Positions 1 to 12,600 of a stretch of DNA of 64,000 bases are shown one piece after another (position 1 is the first letter of the stretch; every line of letters starts with the position of its first letter). The notes beneath the pieces were generated by a model. That model saw only the letters and a program-made list of their open reading frames with translations, did not search any database and was not told the origin of the DNA. The DNA lies in assembly GCA_002269645.1 (NCBI GenBank), contig NIVC01000412.1, positions 62,001-126,000 of the forward strand, in the 5' to 3' direction. The position numbers were made by a program, and so were the translations under genes. Origin of the DNA: Macrostomum lignano (lineage: Eukaryota).

Positions 1-635
1 TCATGTTGCTAAAAATAGCAACTGAGTCACAGCCGCGTGTACTCTGACCGGAGACCTCAAGTGACGTCAGTTCTAAAAATAGAACGAGTCACGAGGTCTT
101 GCGCGCACTGAGACCCTGCCCCGAGACCTCAAGTGACGTCAGTTCTAAAAATAGAACAAGTCACGAGGTCTTGTGCGTGGGTGTTTCCCGGTTATAAATA
201 GGACCCCTCTCCCTTGTTTCCGTCAAGGAATGGCTTCTTATCTGCGGAGAATTCACTAAGATCCCGTGTGCGTCAGTGTCTAAGTAAGTGCCCTTTGCGC
301 ACTGAATCCGTTTGTACTGGTCTGACTGAGACCCCACTAAAGCCCAAGCCTAAGGGAGGCTAACACTGCCTTCCCAGCCACCCCTGAGCCCGGCGGGGAC
401 CTGCTGATCAGGATGCCTTGTTCATTAATCTGCAAATCTGCACGCTGTGCTGAGTTCGTTGACTTGTTTATTTCGTTCCGACGGGAAGCTCACCTCATCG
501 AAGGCCGAGACCTGAAGGAACTGGTGGCAGCACTACCTACGCTACTGAGAGTTGAGAGAACTTCCCACTGAAGAGGCTCGAGTCTTAAGGTAATCCGCAA
601 GGGCCTAATCCGAGAAGAAACACCATTCTATTTCA
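1..635 (+). mobile_element. LTR of a Ty3/gypsy-type retroelement (5' LTR-like; internal coding region absent)
   Basis: Duplicated 72-bp enhancer block, TATAAATA at 193-200, ends ...TTTCA at 635 followed after 1 nt by a tRNA-complementary PBS. Left end may be TG at 4 or lie outside the window, so a TSD cannot be checked. Confidence 0.7.
9..200 (+). promoter_or_regulatory. LTR U3 enhancer/promoter: 3x MEF2-type CTAAAAATAG, 2x CRE TGACGTCA, AP-1 TGAGTCA, TATA box
   Basis: CTAAAAATAG at 9-18, 73-82, 145-154; TGACGTCA at 62-69, 134-141; TGAGTCA at 23-29; TATAAATA at 193-200. Exact consensus matches; function untested. Confidence 0.6.
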
Positions 636-636
636 C

Positions 637-719
637 TGGTGGCAGCGGTGGGATTCAAAGACCTACCAGGCCACCCCGAGACAACCATAAGCACTTCACT
701 GGTGGCAGCGGTGGGATTC
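637..719 (+). other. Two primer-binding sites (TGGTGGCAGCGGTGGGATTC) in a 63-bp tandem duplication
   Basis: Copies at 637-656 and 700-719. The reverse complement GAATCCCACCGCTGCCACCA matches the 3' end plus CCA of tRNA-Leu(AAG/TAG type) as I recall it. Confidence 0.75.
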
Positions 720-1077
720 AAAGACCTACCAGGCCACCCCGAGGAAACAATAAGTACTTCAAAGCGTATGTAAGCAAATACCTTACACAGAAAAAAAGCG
801 ATAAAATCTATTATATTCATATTTCGCATGTCTCCTGCTGCTCAGCCTGCGGATATTCAATTCGCGGGCCTTTCAGTCGCTTGGATCAAACAACTTCGCT
901 GCTTCTGATATCCAAAATTCTGCCTAGATTGAGAAATGCTGCACTAGAACGGTCCAACCCTCTTTGCTATTATATACAAGACATCACATCTGTTTACATT
1001 TTAATGGTTTGAATAAAACAATTAAATTGAAAGACATCGTTATAAAAATACGACTCATAACGAAGCACTAATCTTAC

Positions 1078-4000
1078 CTAGCTCGCATGTCGCCGTCCGA
1101 GAGCTCGCGTACGCGTCCACAAAGCGGCTGTTGGGCCAGCACCTCACTTCCACGCTGCTGTTCACTGGCAGGTACACCTTACCGTCTCCCGTAGTCACGT
1201 TTCCCAAGTTGTTGCTGGGCACGGCTGTAGCTCGAGTCAGGTTGGTAGGCAACAGACAGGGCTTCGGCTGGCACAGAGTCTCCGATGTCGGCAGCAGCAG
1301 CTGGTTGAGCACCGTCCAGTTTCCATCGTTGCAGACTGCCTGCATTGAGAACTGGGAGCCGCCGTACATGCTGCTGTTCACAAGCGGAGCGAAGGCACTC
1401 AAAAGACAGGTGACGTTGGCAGAGTGATTGGACCCGGTGTTGGGACTGCTGTAGAAGACCGCCTGTCCATAGCCCACAAGCTGATCCAATTGGCTGTTGC
1501 TGCAGTGCTCTGTGGATTGTTTACATTTTTCGCGAATAAAAACGTTTGATAATAAAAAGACTCTTCTATAATCAACGCAGATAGCATTAAATTACTTGGA
1601 CAGAAAAGCTCTACAGCACTCGGCTGCCAAATGCCCGTGAAGTTCAAATCAGCGGTGCAGTTGAGCAGCACGGGGTCTGATTGTGAGACGTTCTCCCGGC
1701 ATGCGAAGGCCACCTGGTCTCCGATGAGGAACGGCCCGGTCGCAGGCTCGACCAAGACGGAGGCGTTCAGAGGACCGACCAGAATGCTAGGATCGATTCC
1801 AGGACCGAATTGGCTGTCCGGACAGACGATCGGCTGGCAGTGCATGGAGCCTCCTGCGCTCCACTGAGGGCCTAAAAAATATGCGTTGTTAATTCTCTGG
1901 TATTTGATGGGCCCGGCTTAGATTTTTCTTTGTTTGTCTGCAGGTGTTTGTCCTGCCAATTGCTATGTCCTCCTTGGCGATTTCTAATTTTCCACACGAA
2001 AAGCACTTCTATAAACTATCAGTAAGTGGGTTATCCACTTTAAAGAATCAAGTAAGGTAATAGTGGGCATTGAAAATGTAAATAATCATGTATACTATAT
2101 TTGTCTTTTTAATTCTTTTAAATTAATTAGTTAAAAAAGTTGATGAAGCATTATACAAGCTGGCAACCAGATTTAGCAGCAAAAATGGAAAATGCAAACC
2201 TGTTTCGCATGTTGCTATCCGAGAGCTCGCGTACGCGTCCACAAAGCGGCTGTTGGGCCAGCACGTCACTTCCACGGTGCTGTTCACTGGCAGGTACACC
2301 TGACCGTCTCCCGAAGTCACGTTTCCCAGGTTGTTGCTAGGCACGACTGTAGATCGAGTCAGATTGGTAGGCAACAGACAGGGCTTCGGCTGGCACAGAG
2401 TCTCCGATGTCGGCAGCAGCAGCTGGTTGAGCACCGTCCAGTTTCCATCGTTGCAGACTGCCTGCATTGAGAACTGGGAGCCGCCGTACATGCTGCTGTT
2501 CACAAGCGGAGCGAAGGCACTCAAAAGACAGGTGACGTTGGCAGAGTGATTGGACCCGGTGTTGGGACTGCTGTAGAAGACCGCCTGTCCATAGCCCACA
2601 AGCTGATCCAATTGGCTGTTGCTGCAGTGCTCTGTGGATTGTTTACATTTTTCGCGAATAAAAGCGTTTGATAATAAAAAGACTCTTCTATAATCAACGC
2701 AGATAGCATTAAATTACTTGGACAGAAAAGCTCTACAGCACTCGGCTGCCAAATGCCCGTGAAGTTCAAATCAGCGGTGCAGTTGAGCAGAACGGGACCT
2801 GATTGTGAGATGTTCTCCCGGCACGCGAAGGCCACCTGGTCTCCGATGAGGAACGGCCCGGTCGCAGACTCGGCCAGGACGGAGGCGTTCAGAGGACCGA
2901 CCAGAATGCTAGGATCGATTTCAGGACCAAATTGGCTGTCCGGACAGACGATCGGCTGGCAGTGCATGGAGCCTCCTGTGCTCCACTGAGGTCCTGAGAA
3001 ATATGCGTTGTTAATTCTCTGGTATTTGATGGGCCTGGGTTAGTTGCTTATTCGTTTGTCTGATATTTGGCTTGCCAGTTAATCATCTGATTCATTTCAT
3101 TTCGAAGCGATTTCTAATTTTCATTTAAACTTAATTTGAGTACACAGTAAAAATCTCTATCATTTAGGATGAATTATGTTCGCGATTCCTAACCTTTTGC
3201 TTTTTTTCGGTAATGCTACACCCTTACGCACGCGCTCTGTCAAAGTCCTGCAGATAAGATTCGTGGAGGTACGGTTTTAAAATTTAAATTACCTAGATTT
3301 ACAAATAATTAATCCCAGAAACTCAGGATAAAGTCGCCCGTTTAGCTGGAGTTTTAGAGTCGAAACTGTAGGCACCTGCTGTCCAGTGCTTGCATAATAA
3401 GTGATTTTAGTCCTGGTGTGCATTTCCGATGTACATCCAATATTCTTGGCTTTCTGTTTTTAATGTACGCAGTCTTAACTGCAGGGTCGCTGCTAAATAT
3501 ATAAATCGATCGCACAGACAGAGCCTACAATAGATTGAGGCTTTATCGGTTACACATAACACATAACTTTCTCTCTCTCGGCTTCACTCTCTACAGAAAC
3601 TGCCCTCGGAGCTTAAAGAACTGGCAAATAAAAATATTTCAACAATTATCAAACCAGACCTAAATCGCATGTCGCCGTCCGTGAGCTCGCGTAGGCGTCC
3701 ACAAAGCGGCTGTTGGGCCAGCATGTCACTTCCACGGTGCTGTTCACTGGCAGGTACACCTTACCGTCTCCCGTAGTCAAGTTTCCCAGGTTGTTGCTGG
3801 GCACGGCTGTAGATCGAGTCAGGTTGGTAGGCAACAGACAGGGCTTCGGCTGGCACAGAGTCTCCGATGTCGGCAGCAGCAGCTGGTTGAGCACCGTCCA
3901 GTTTCCATCGTTGCAGACTGCCTGCATTGAGAACTGGGAGCCGCCGTACATGCTGCTGTTCACAAGCGGAGCGAAGGCACTCAAAAGACAGGTGACGTTG

Positions 4001-7000
4001 GCAGAGTGATTGGACCCGGTGTTGGGACTGCTGTAGAAGACCGCCTGTCCATAGCCCACAAGCTGATCCAATTGGCTGTTGCTGCAGTGCTCTGTGGATT
4101 GTTTACATTTTTCGCGAATAAAAGCGTTTGATAATAAAAAGACTCTTCTATAATCAACGCAGATAGCATTAAATTACTTGGACAGAAAAGCTCTACAGCA
4201 CTCGGCTGCCAAATGCCCGTGAAGTTCAAATCAGCGGTGCAGTTGAGCAGCACGGGGTCTGATTGTGAGACGTTCTCCCGGCATGCGAAGGCCACCTGGT
4301 CTCCGATGAGGAACGGCCCGGTCGCAGGCTCGACCAAGACGGAGGCGTTCAGAGGACCGACCAGAATGCTAGGATCGATTCCAGGACCGAATTGGCTGTC
4401 CGGACAGACGATCGGCTGGCAGTGCATGGAGCCTCCTGCGCTCCACTGAGGGCCTAAAAAATATGCGTTGTTAATTCTCTGGTATTTGATGGGCCCGGCT
4501 TAGATTTTTCTTTGTTTGTCTGCAGGTGTTTGTCCTGCCAATTGCTATGTCCTCCTTGGCGATTTCTAATTTTCCACACGAAAAGCACTTCTATAAACTA
4601 TCAGTAAGTGGGTTATCCACTTTAAAGAATCAAGTAAGGTAATAGTGGGCATTGAAAATGTAAATAATCATGTATACTATATTTGTCTTTTTAATTCTTT
4701 TAAATTAATTAGTTAAAAAATTTGATGAAGCATTATACAAGCTGGCAACCAGATTTAGCAGCAAAAATGGAAAATGCAAACCTGTTTCGCATGTTGCTAT
4801 CCGAGAGCTCGCGTACGCGTCCACAAAGCGGCTGTTGGGCCAGCACGTCACTTCCACGGTGCTGTTCACTGGCAGGTACACCTGACCGTCTCCCGAAGTC
4901 ACGTTTCCCAGGTTGTTGCTAGGCACGACTGTAGATCGAGTCAGATTGGTAGGCAACAGACAGGGCTTCGGCTGGCAAAGATTCTCCGATGTCGGCAGCA
5001 GCAGCTGGTTGAGCACCGTCCAGTCTCCGGCAGTGCAGACCGCCTGTAGGAGGAACTGCGAGTCGCTCTGTAGACTGACGTTCGCCGCCAGCGGAGCGAA
5101 GGCGCTCGAAAGGCAGGTGACGTTTGTGACTCGGTCGGGATCCGTGTAGGAGCTGGTGGGGAAGTCGACGAGTCCGAATCCCACCAGCTGCGCCAAGAGA
5201 CTGTTGTTGCAGTGCTCTACAAAAGATTAGGAGATGGCTTGTTATTGAAAGAGACGGTAGTTTAATACAAATATTAAAAAACCGGTATCTATAACTTAAT
5301 TGCCCAGATCGGTGTACATTCTTTTGCAGCCACCACTCCAAGTTTGGGATTAGAAGCAATAATGACAAGCTACTCACTGCGGCAGCTGAAGGCCACATTT
5401 GAGCCGACGCTGCGCCACACTGCCGCAGGCGGATCTCCGTCTGACAGTCCGCACACGGCCAGCTCGTTGCTGCCCGGCATGGCAAAGTACGGCTCCTCGC
5501 AGCTCAGCCGCACCAAACTTGTGTGGGGCAGGTGCGAGCTGTTAGCAAAGTTGAACGATGCATTGATGACGGTCATGCGAGCGGCCTGAGGCTGCAGCAC
5601 GACGGCATCCGGCTGTGAGCAGTTGAGCAGCTCGCACGGACCGGGAACGTCCGGCTCCCAGCGGTCTCCCAGCCTGCAGAAGATGCTCAACCGCCGGTTC
5701 TGCGTCGTCCGAACGAAGCCGGGCCGGCACTCGTAGCTAAGGCTGTCGTCGACCTGCACTCCGGAAGCCGGCAGACCCGTCTGCAGCTCCTGCTCGAGGT
5801 TCAGCGAGCTGTACAGGCTGGAGTTTCCCAGTCCCGGCGGCAGACTCGAGCAGGCGGTCGGTCGGCAGTTCAGGTGGGTGAACGAGGTCCAGCTGCTGTT
5901 GATGCAGCTGATGACGAAGCTGACAGATCCGTTGGGCAGGCCGCCGACGCTGTAGTTTGTGTTGCAGGTGAAGGCGAGGCTGGCGCCCTCCCAGGAGGTG
6001 TTTCCGAGGGTGGCGTTGGCCTGCGAGTTGGCCACCGTCGGAGGGACGGAGACGCCGCCGCAGTATCCGGGGCTGCAGTCCATGGTGACGGGGCTCCAGC
6101 TTCCGCCAGGCATGCAGGAGGCGGTCTGGCTGGAGCCTGTAAACCCCGATTTGCACTCGATCTCGATCTTGTCGCCTGGACGAAAGGTTCCATTCGACAA
6201 GAGGTGCACAAGAAGCTGGCCATCAGCAAAATTGTAAGTGACGCTTCTGAATGTAAAGCTTTTTATGACGGCTGTTTCGTTTGGATAGACGGGCATCTGA
6301 GTGCACGGCAGCGACACGCAGGTCGGGATTCCACTGTCCCACACCGCATCCTGTTTTAAAAAAATAGGTTTTTGTGCTTTTATTTGGCAGTTAGTTTAGT
6401 TGTTAATTTTGTGATGGACTAAATTCAATTTTTTGCAACAAATTATTGCCCTTAGAGCGTAAGATTTTTGTTTCTTATGTGCATACACAGCGCTTGTATT
6501 GGCATTCCAGCATGCATGTGAATTACGAACTATAAGACAAAGTGGGTCTACGGGCTCTGGTCTGCGATGCTTCACGTCTCTTCCTATATATAGTAGGAGC
6601 AGGACAAGGCTGATGGGAATACTGCATTACAGACACCTCTCCAAGCTGTCTAGGCAGACCCTAGGGCTGCTGGACAGACTGGGGTCCGGCGCTGGCAATG
6701 CATCCAGTGGCTCCGTCCGAATTGGGGTATGTAGGTTGTCTGCATGCTTTGGAGACAGCCTCCCTTTCTCTCTCAGGGGGCCTATGTAGTATCGTGATAT
6801 TTGGTTCAGCCTCTGGTTTTTTCAAGTCGGGATCCTAGCCGAGGAGTTTCTCGGGTGCTAGCGGTCGTGCTGGCATGGACTCCAGCCAACCCCGGTTGCT
6901 GGCTGTTGGCTTTAGAATTACGGCCCTGCTGTCCCTCATCTTAACCCCAATTCGTCATCTGATTCCAACAACCCTGCCGCCTCTCAGTAAAATACTAAAG

Positions 7001-9591
7001 TCGATGGACAACAGAGAGTAGCCGGCGTCAAATCTCCAAAAAGAAGGCCCGTAGCATCACCCGCTTGCAGAAATTCCGCCAGAGAAAAAAGCTCAAGAAC
7101 AGAGAAGAACGGAAGCTGCCTCATCTGCTACCTCTGAGGGTGTCGACAACTCTGCGAATACCGCAGAGGAGTTGAGACATCTGACAAATGGGCGGACTCC
7201 GGGCGTCGGCTACTCTTGAGAAATCTCCCACGGCTGCATTCCACTATGCCACTAATCAAGGAACAACTGGCAACCCCGTGAAATCCGCTGCTTCACTGAC
7301 GGGTCTCAAATCAGCTCCACATCTGGCTACGGCTTCTGCATCGTGGCTGGAGGGAGCATCGTGGCGACCTTCTCCCAGCCCACCGGCATTTCCTTTACCG
7401 TCAGAGCGACATTCTCGCTATCTGCTCCTGAATCATAGAGCTGTACAGTACAATCAGCATGTATGAGGGAAGGAGATTACCCTCCACTCTCCGGCGATCC
7501 ATGACCTTGGGCGCAACACCACTTGCTCGCGCATAGTCCTCGACTGTATCACGCAGCTTAACCACTTAATCGCCTCCAAAAAGGTGTTTCTTAGGTGGAT
7601 CCCGGGCACTCGGATCACCTCGGCAAGAAGCTGGCCGATGGCCTGGCCAAGGCTGGCTCGACCGGGTCTTTTACTGGTACCCTGCCTATTGCCCCCATCC
7701 CCACCGCCGTTGTCACCCTCGGATTAACCAGTGGCTGACGTCTAATCACAGCACAGGGAGAGGGGGCTGACGCGCCCGACTGCCGGCAACTCCCACTGCT
7801 GTCCCTCGTCTCCCCCCACAGGCACTGCTTTGACTCCACCGCAGGAACATCAGAGCCGCAAGCAATCTATTCCAGAAAAAGAATCAGATCGCATCCGGGA
7901 TCTTATACTGTAATTTTCTCATGATTAAGACCTGGATACAACGACAGTGAGATATCTGAATGTTATATCTGAATATCTGAATTTAGCTTCAAGCTAAATA
8001 TCGAAGACGAAATGGATTTCATATATCATAATGCATCCATTCCGCCGCACCTTCCCGAGAGCAGATCCAATGGAGTGATGAGTAATAAATGAGAACGAAA
8101 CTCTGAGCTGAGCTTAAACGAGCGTCTAGATGGTCTCCGGACTGGGTGAATTAATCAATTGGCTTGCAGATCCTCTGGCTGAGTCTGGATACTCTGATGA
8201 TACTCCGATCTGCCTCCCATCGATAATCGAATTGACCTGGGGGTCGTTGAAATCCGGCGGTCACTGTCAAAAAGTGCCTCACAAGCAAATGATTCAGCAT
8301 GGTGAAGCATTTGAGAAGTTTCCGATAAATAGCTCGATAGGGGATTGCAACACTCAAAGCAATTTCACGTTCGATTTTACTCGTAAATGAGTGACTTATG
8401 CTGACTATGCGGAGCCCCCTACAGCAAAGTCAAGTAAGTATGCTGGCATCTGTAGACTTCTTTTATGCCTTTGTTATAATTATCTATCAACTCGGCAGTC
8501 GAAACTGTTTATCGAAGCTTCATTATCGCAACTGAACTTTGTTAGCTTTTCAAATATTGCGAGTGGATGCGTTAAAACAAAAAAAGTTAACTTTGTAGCA
8601 ACGTTAATTGTTTTGCGGTACTTTCGACAAACCTCAAAGTTGATTTACCTATTATATAGCTAGTGAAGAATTTAAAGGACACTCTATAGGTGACGCTGAA
8701 CCTGTTTTTCTCTATTGGCCTAGGTAAACTTTATATTCCTGTGCACGTATCCCATAACTCAATTTTCGAAGGGATACTTTGGTATCGAGACGAAACTAAT
8801 CTGGATGTGTTTAAAGATTAGAAGCAGGATTTAAAAGAAGAATCAGATAGCGGGTATATTTTTTACCTGGGTGCATCGTCTGACAAAGCTGGTGTTGCTC
8901 TCCGCACCGAGAAAGACGAAATTCGGCACACAGGTGTACTCAATTTGCTGAAACGGCAGCTTCCTGAGTTGCAGCTCTGCTGCCGTCCGACTGCTGTTCC
9001 AGGAGGTGCAGATAAGATTCTTTTCATTCAGCTGGTCATCAGTGTGCGGATTAGGGCAGGTCATGGCTGCAAATGATTTCGATGCGTGCGAATGCAGTTT
9101 ATGGAAGAGGGCTAGGGTAAAAACATAATGCTGGTGTTAGCCGCAGCCACTATATGTAAGCCTTACCTGTGCATAGCACTGGACAATCTTCATTGTATTT
9201 TTTTGTCTTGACCTCCTTAGGCAATGAATCCTTCCATTTGTAAGTTACCACGAGGCCAAAACTTTTATCCTGGCTAAGGATTTCCTTGTTAAAGCTGGAT
9301 CGGCACGGGGTTCCGGGGATGCAGAAGGACTGGTGGCGCCAGTTGGTCATGCCGGTGTCGAACATCAGAGCCAGCAGCAGGTGTTTTTCGTCTGGAACAT
9401 AACCGCTTGGCAAGACGGTTTGGTTGACGAATGTCCTAAATAGTGATAGTTGGAATGTAAACAGTTCCTGCGCGATATTGCGGTAAGGTATTTGCAATAA
9501 AAACAAAACAATGAAACGTAATTTCAAGAGATATGAACACAATGTGCGCTCGATCGTATCTTTAAATTCCATCCACTATATTAAAAATGTT

Positions 9592-9657
<66 letters not shown>

Positions 9658-12600
9658 GGTACCTAGGTATGTGATTGATTTGACAAACGGCTCAACCGAT
9701 TTTTATTAAACTTTATGAATTTTTATAAAGGAATAATTATTCAAAAGCATGCTTTTTGCAAAGGTCAAGCTGACTTTTCGATTTTGAAATGCATTTTAAG
9801 AATGCTAGAGAAAAAAACTGACTGACTGAGTTCTGATTCTGGTAAGGATTGCATCAGGTTTTAATGTTTTAAGGTTTTAAGTTTTAAGGTTTTCAAAAAA
9901 ACAGTTTGAAAACACGATGTGGAAGCAAAACACAGGACTTGATTGAGATTGCGTAACCATATTTTTACCTTTAATAGACTGATACATATCTGTCTGTATC
10001 ATATGTTTACATTCGTACTAAATGATTGAGAAATTGATCACGTCATTACTGATTTCTGTGATCTAACCAACTTGATGTGAATTTTTATTTCCATATACTA
10101 AAAATGAAATCTTGCTTGCTTGTTTACTGCTAAAATTCATGTCATCAGTTGGATTAGAGCTAGCCTAGACGTAAACAGACGGAACCGCAGAATATACATT
10201 ATTTACGAGCATTTTATATATTATATTTATATACCGTGGACTAAACTGCAAATGCAGCGAATTGGGTTCAAATTTTGGGAGAAAAAAGAAAACTCAAGGA
10301 AAAGAAAAAATCATAAAAGAAGCGTCACGTAAAAAATAGAAGGGGAAGTGTCATGTCAAAAATAAAAGAAGCTTCATGTAAAACAAAAAGAAGCGATGTC
10401 AAACATAAAGGAAGCGTCATGTCGAACATGAAATATTCATTTGGGAATTGTTAAGATCCCAAGGCTTGGGGGAAATTTCTATAATGCTGTGACTCTTCGG
10501 GGGGGGATCGCTGAGATGTCAAGGCTTATGGGAGGGAATTGCTGAAACCCCAAGGCTTACGAGGGGAAGTTCCTCCCCGCTCTCGACGGACCGCCAGCCG
10601 CGCTTCCTCGGCGTCATCCTGGACCGGCTGCTCAGCTTCTCAGCGCACGCCGCCAACGTCGCCGGCCGCGCCCGCGCCCGCTGCGGCGTCCCGGCGGCGC
10701 TGTCTGGCAGAAACTGGGGCGCCAAGCAGAGCGACGTGCGCCAGCTCTACACGGCCTACGTGCGGCCGGTGCTGGAGTACGCTGCCGGCGCCTGGATGCC
10801 GACGGCCTGCAAGACGGCTATCGACCACCTGGACCGAGCCCAGCGCCTGGGCGCGCGCATCATCACCGGGTGTCCGCGGAACACCAGGTCGGAGGTGCTG
10901 GAGCGCGAGGCTGGACTGCCGCCGATGGCAGTCCGCGCGGAGATGCACGCTGGCCTCCTCCACGAGCGCGCCCTCAGGCTGCCGCATGACAACCCGCTGC
11001 GCGCCTGCGCGGCCAGCGTTGGCCCGCGCCGCCGCCTCCAAAGCGCCCGCGGCTGGCGCGAGACGGCGGCCAGCGTATGCAGCGCTGCGGGCCTGGGCGG
11101 CTCCCCGTGAGAGCCCGTCCACGCTGTCCCGACGACACCTCCCTGGGCTGTTCTGGACTCCGTCACCTTTGGGCTGCAGCTGGCCTCCCCGACCTCGCGG
11201 GGTGACCTGCCGGAGGCCCGGAGAGCTGCGGCGGAGCAGACGCTTGCCGCCCTGCCGCCCGCCGGCATTGTGGTCTGGACCGACGGAGCGGCAAAGGACG
11301 GCATCCTGGACGGCGGCAGCGGCGTCCTGGTCGAGCCCGACACCACGCTGTGCGTCGCTGCTGGCCACGTGACGTCCAGTTTCCACGCCGAGTTAGTGGC
11401 CATCGCCGAGGCCCTTAGGTGGGTGCTCGCGGCCCCGGACCCGGCAGAGCTGTCGCCGGTCCGCATCTGCTCTGACTCCCTGAGCGCTCGCGTCCGGCCC
11501 CGGGTCGACGGGCACCACCATGATCGACGCCGTTTGGGCCAGCCTCGCCGACCTCGCGGCCCGGAGAACCTCGGTCCACCTGCAGTGGGTGCCTGGCCAC
11601 GCGGGAATCCCCGTCAACGAGGCCGTGGACGAGATCGCCAAGCGAGGCTCCACGCTGGCGCAAGGCACCGCGCCCATCCCGTTGGCTGCCGCGCAGGCTG
11701 CCGTCCGCCGCCACTGCCTCGCCCGCTGGCACCAGACCTACAACGCGGCGGCCACCGAGGCGGCGAGCACGAGCTCGCTGGCCTGGCACCTTGCCTGCAC
11801 GGCGGGCCGCCTGCCGCCTCCACCGACGAGCGACCTCACGCGGCGGCAGGAGCGGCTGATCTGCCAGCTGCGCGCCGACCGCTGCCCGGCTTTGCGGGGC
11901 TTCCAGGCCGCCATCGGCGTTGACGTGGCCCCCACCTGCCGCTTCTGTGGCGATGGAGAGGAGACGGCAGCCCATCTGCTGATCTCCTGCCCCGCCCTGA
12001 CTCCACACCGCTGCCGCCTCTGGGGACCAAGCCCGGAGCCCGCGGCAGTTTTCGAGAACTGCGTCGGGGTGAGAGGATCCTCGGGAAGGCGGGCGCCGTA
12101 TGACGCCCGGTGCCATGGGCCCTGGCCCGAGCGCGCCCGAAGAAGAAGAAGAAGAAGGGGAAGCTCCGAGATCTCAAGGCTGTTAAATCTAGCTTATTTA
12201 AAAAAAACTTTATTGCATTCTTCGTTGGCTCCCGAACGGGGGGCGCTAATTGCTAGTTCTATATACTAAGATATCGTTTAAAACTTCATAATAATACATG
12301 TACATGGACTCCAAATAACAGTCCAAACTTCCTTAATTGATACGAGGAAGCAGGCGTACCCAGATTTTGGGCTTCAGTTTAAAAAAGTTCAAAGATTGTT
12401 CAGCTTAAGAAACCGACAGCACAGGTGTGCAACGAAGATTATTGAATCAATATTTTAGAAATTTAAAGACTTCTCGAGCTCCAAAAAGCAACTTGAATCT
12501 GTTTTGTGTAAAAAATCAGAAAACTAAATCGGAAATTCTCAACATCGATAAACATAACAAACCACAGCTTCGTTCGCTTCTCCACGCTCTCCGCCTGCGC

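Noticed and set aside
10519-12269. Multiple overlapping GC-rich ORFs as independent genes
   Set aside because: Stop-poor shadows of the frameshifted LINE; only the RT/RNase H frames carry motifs.
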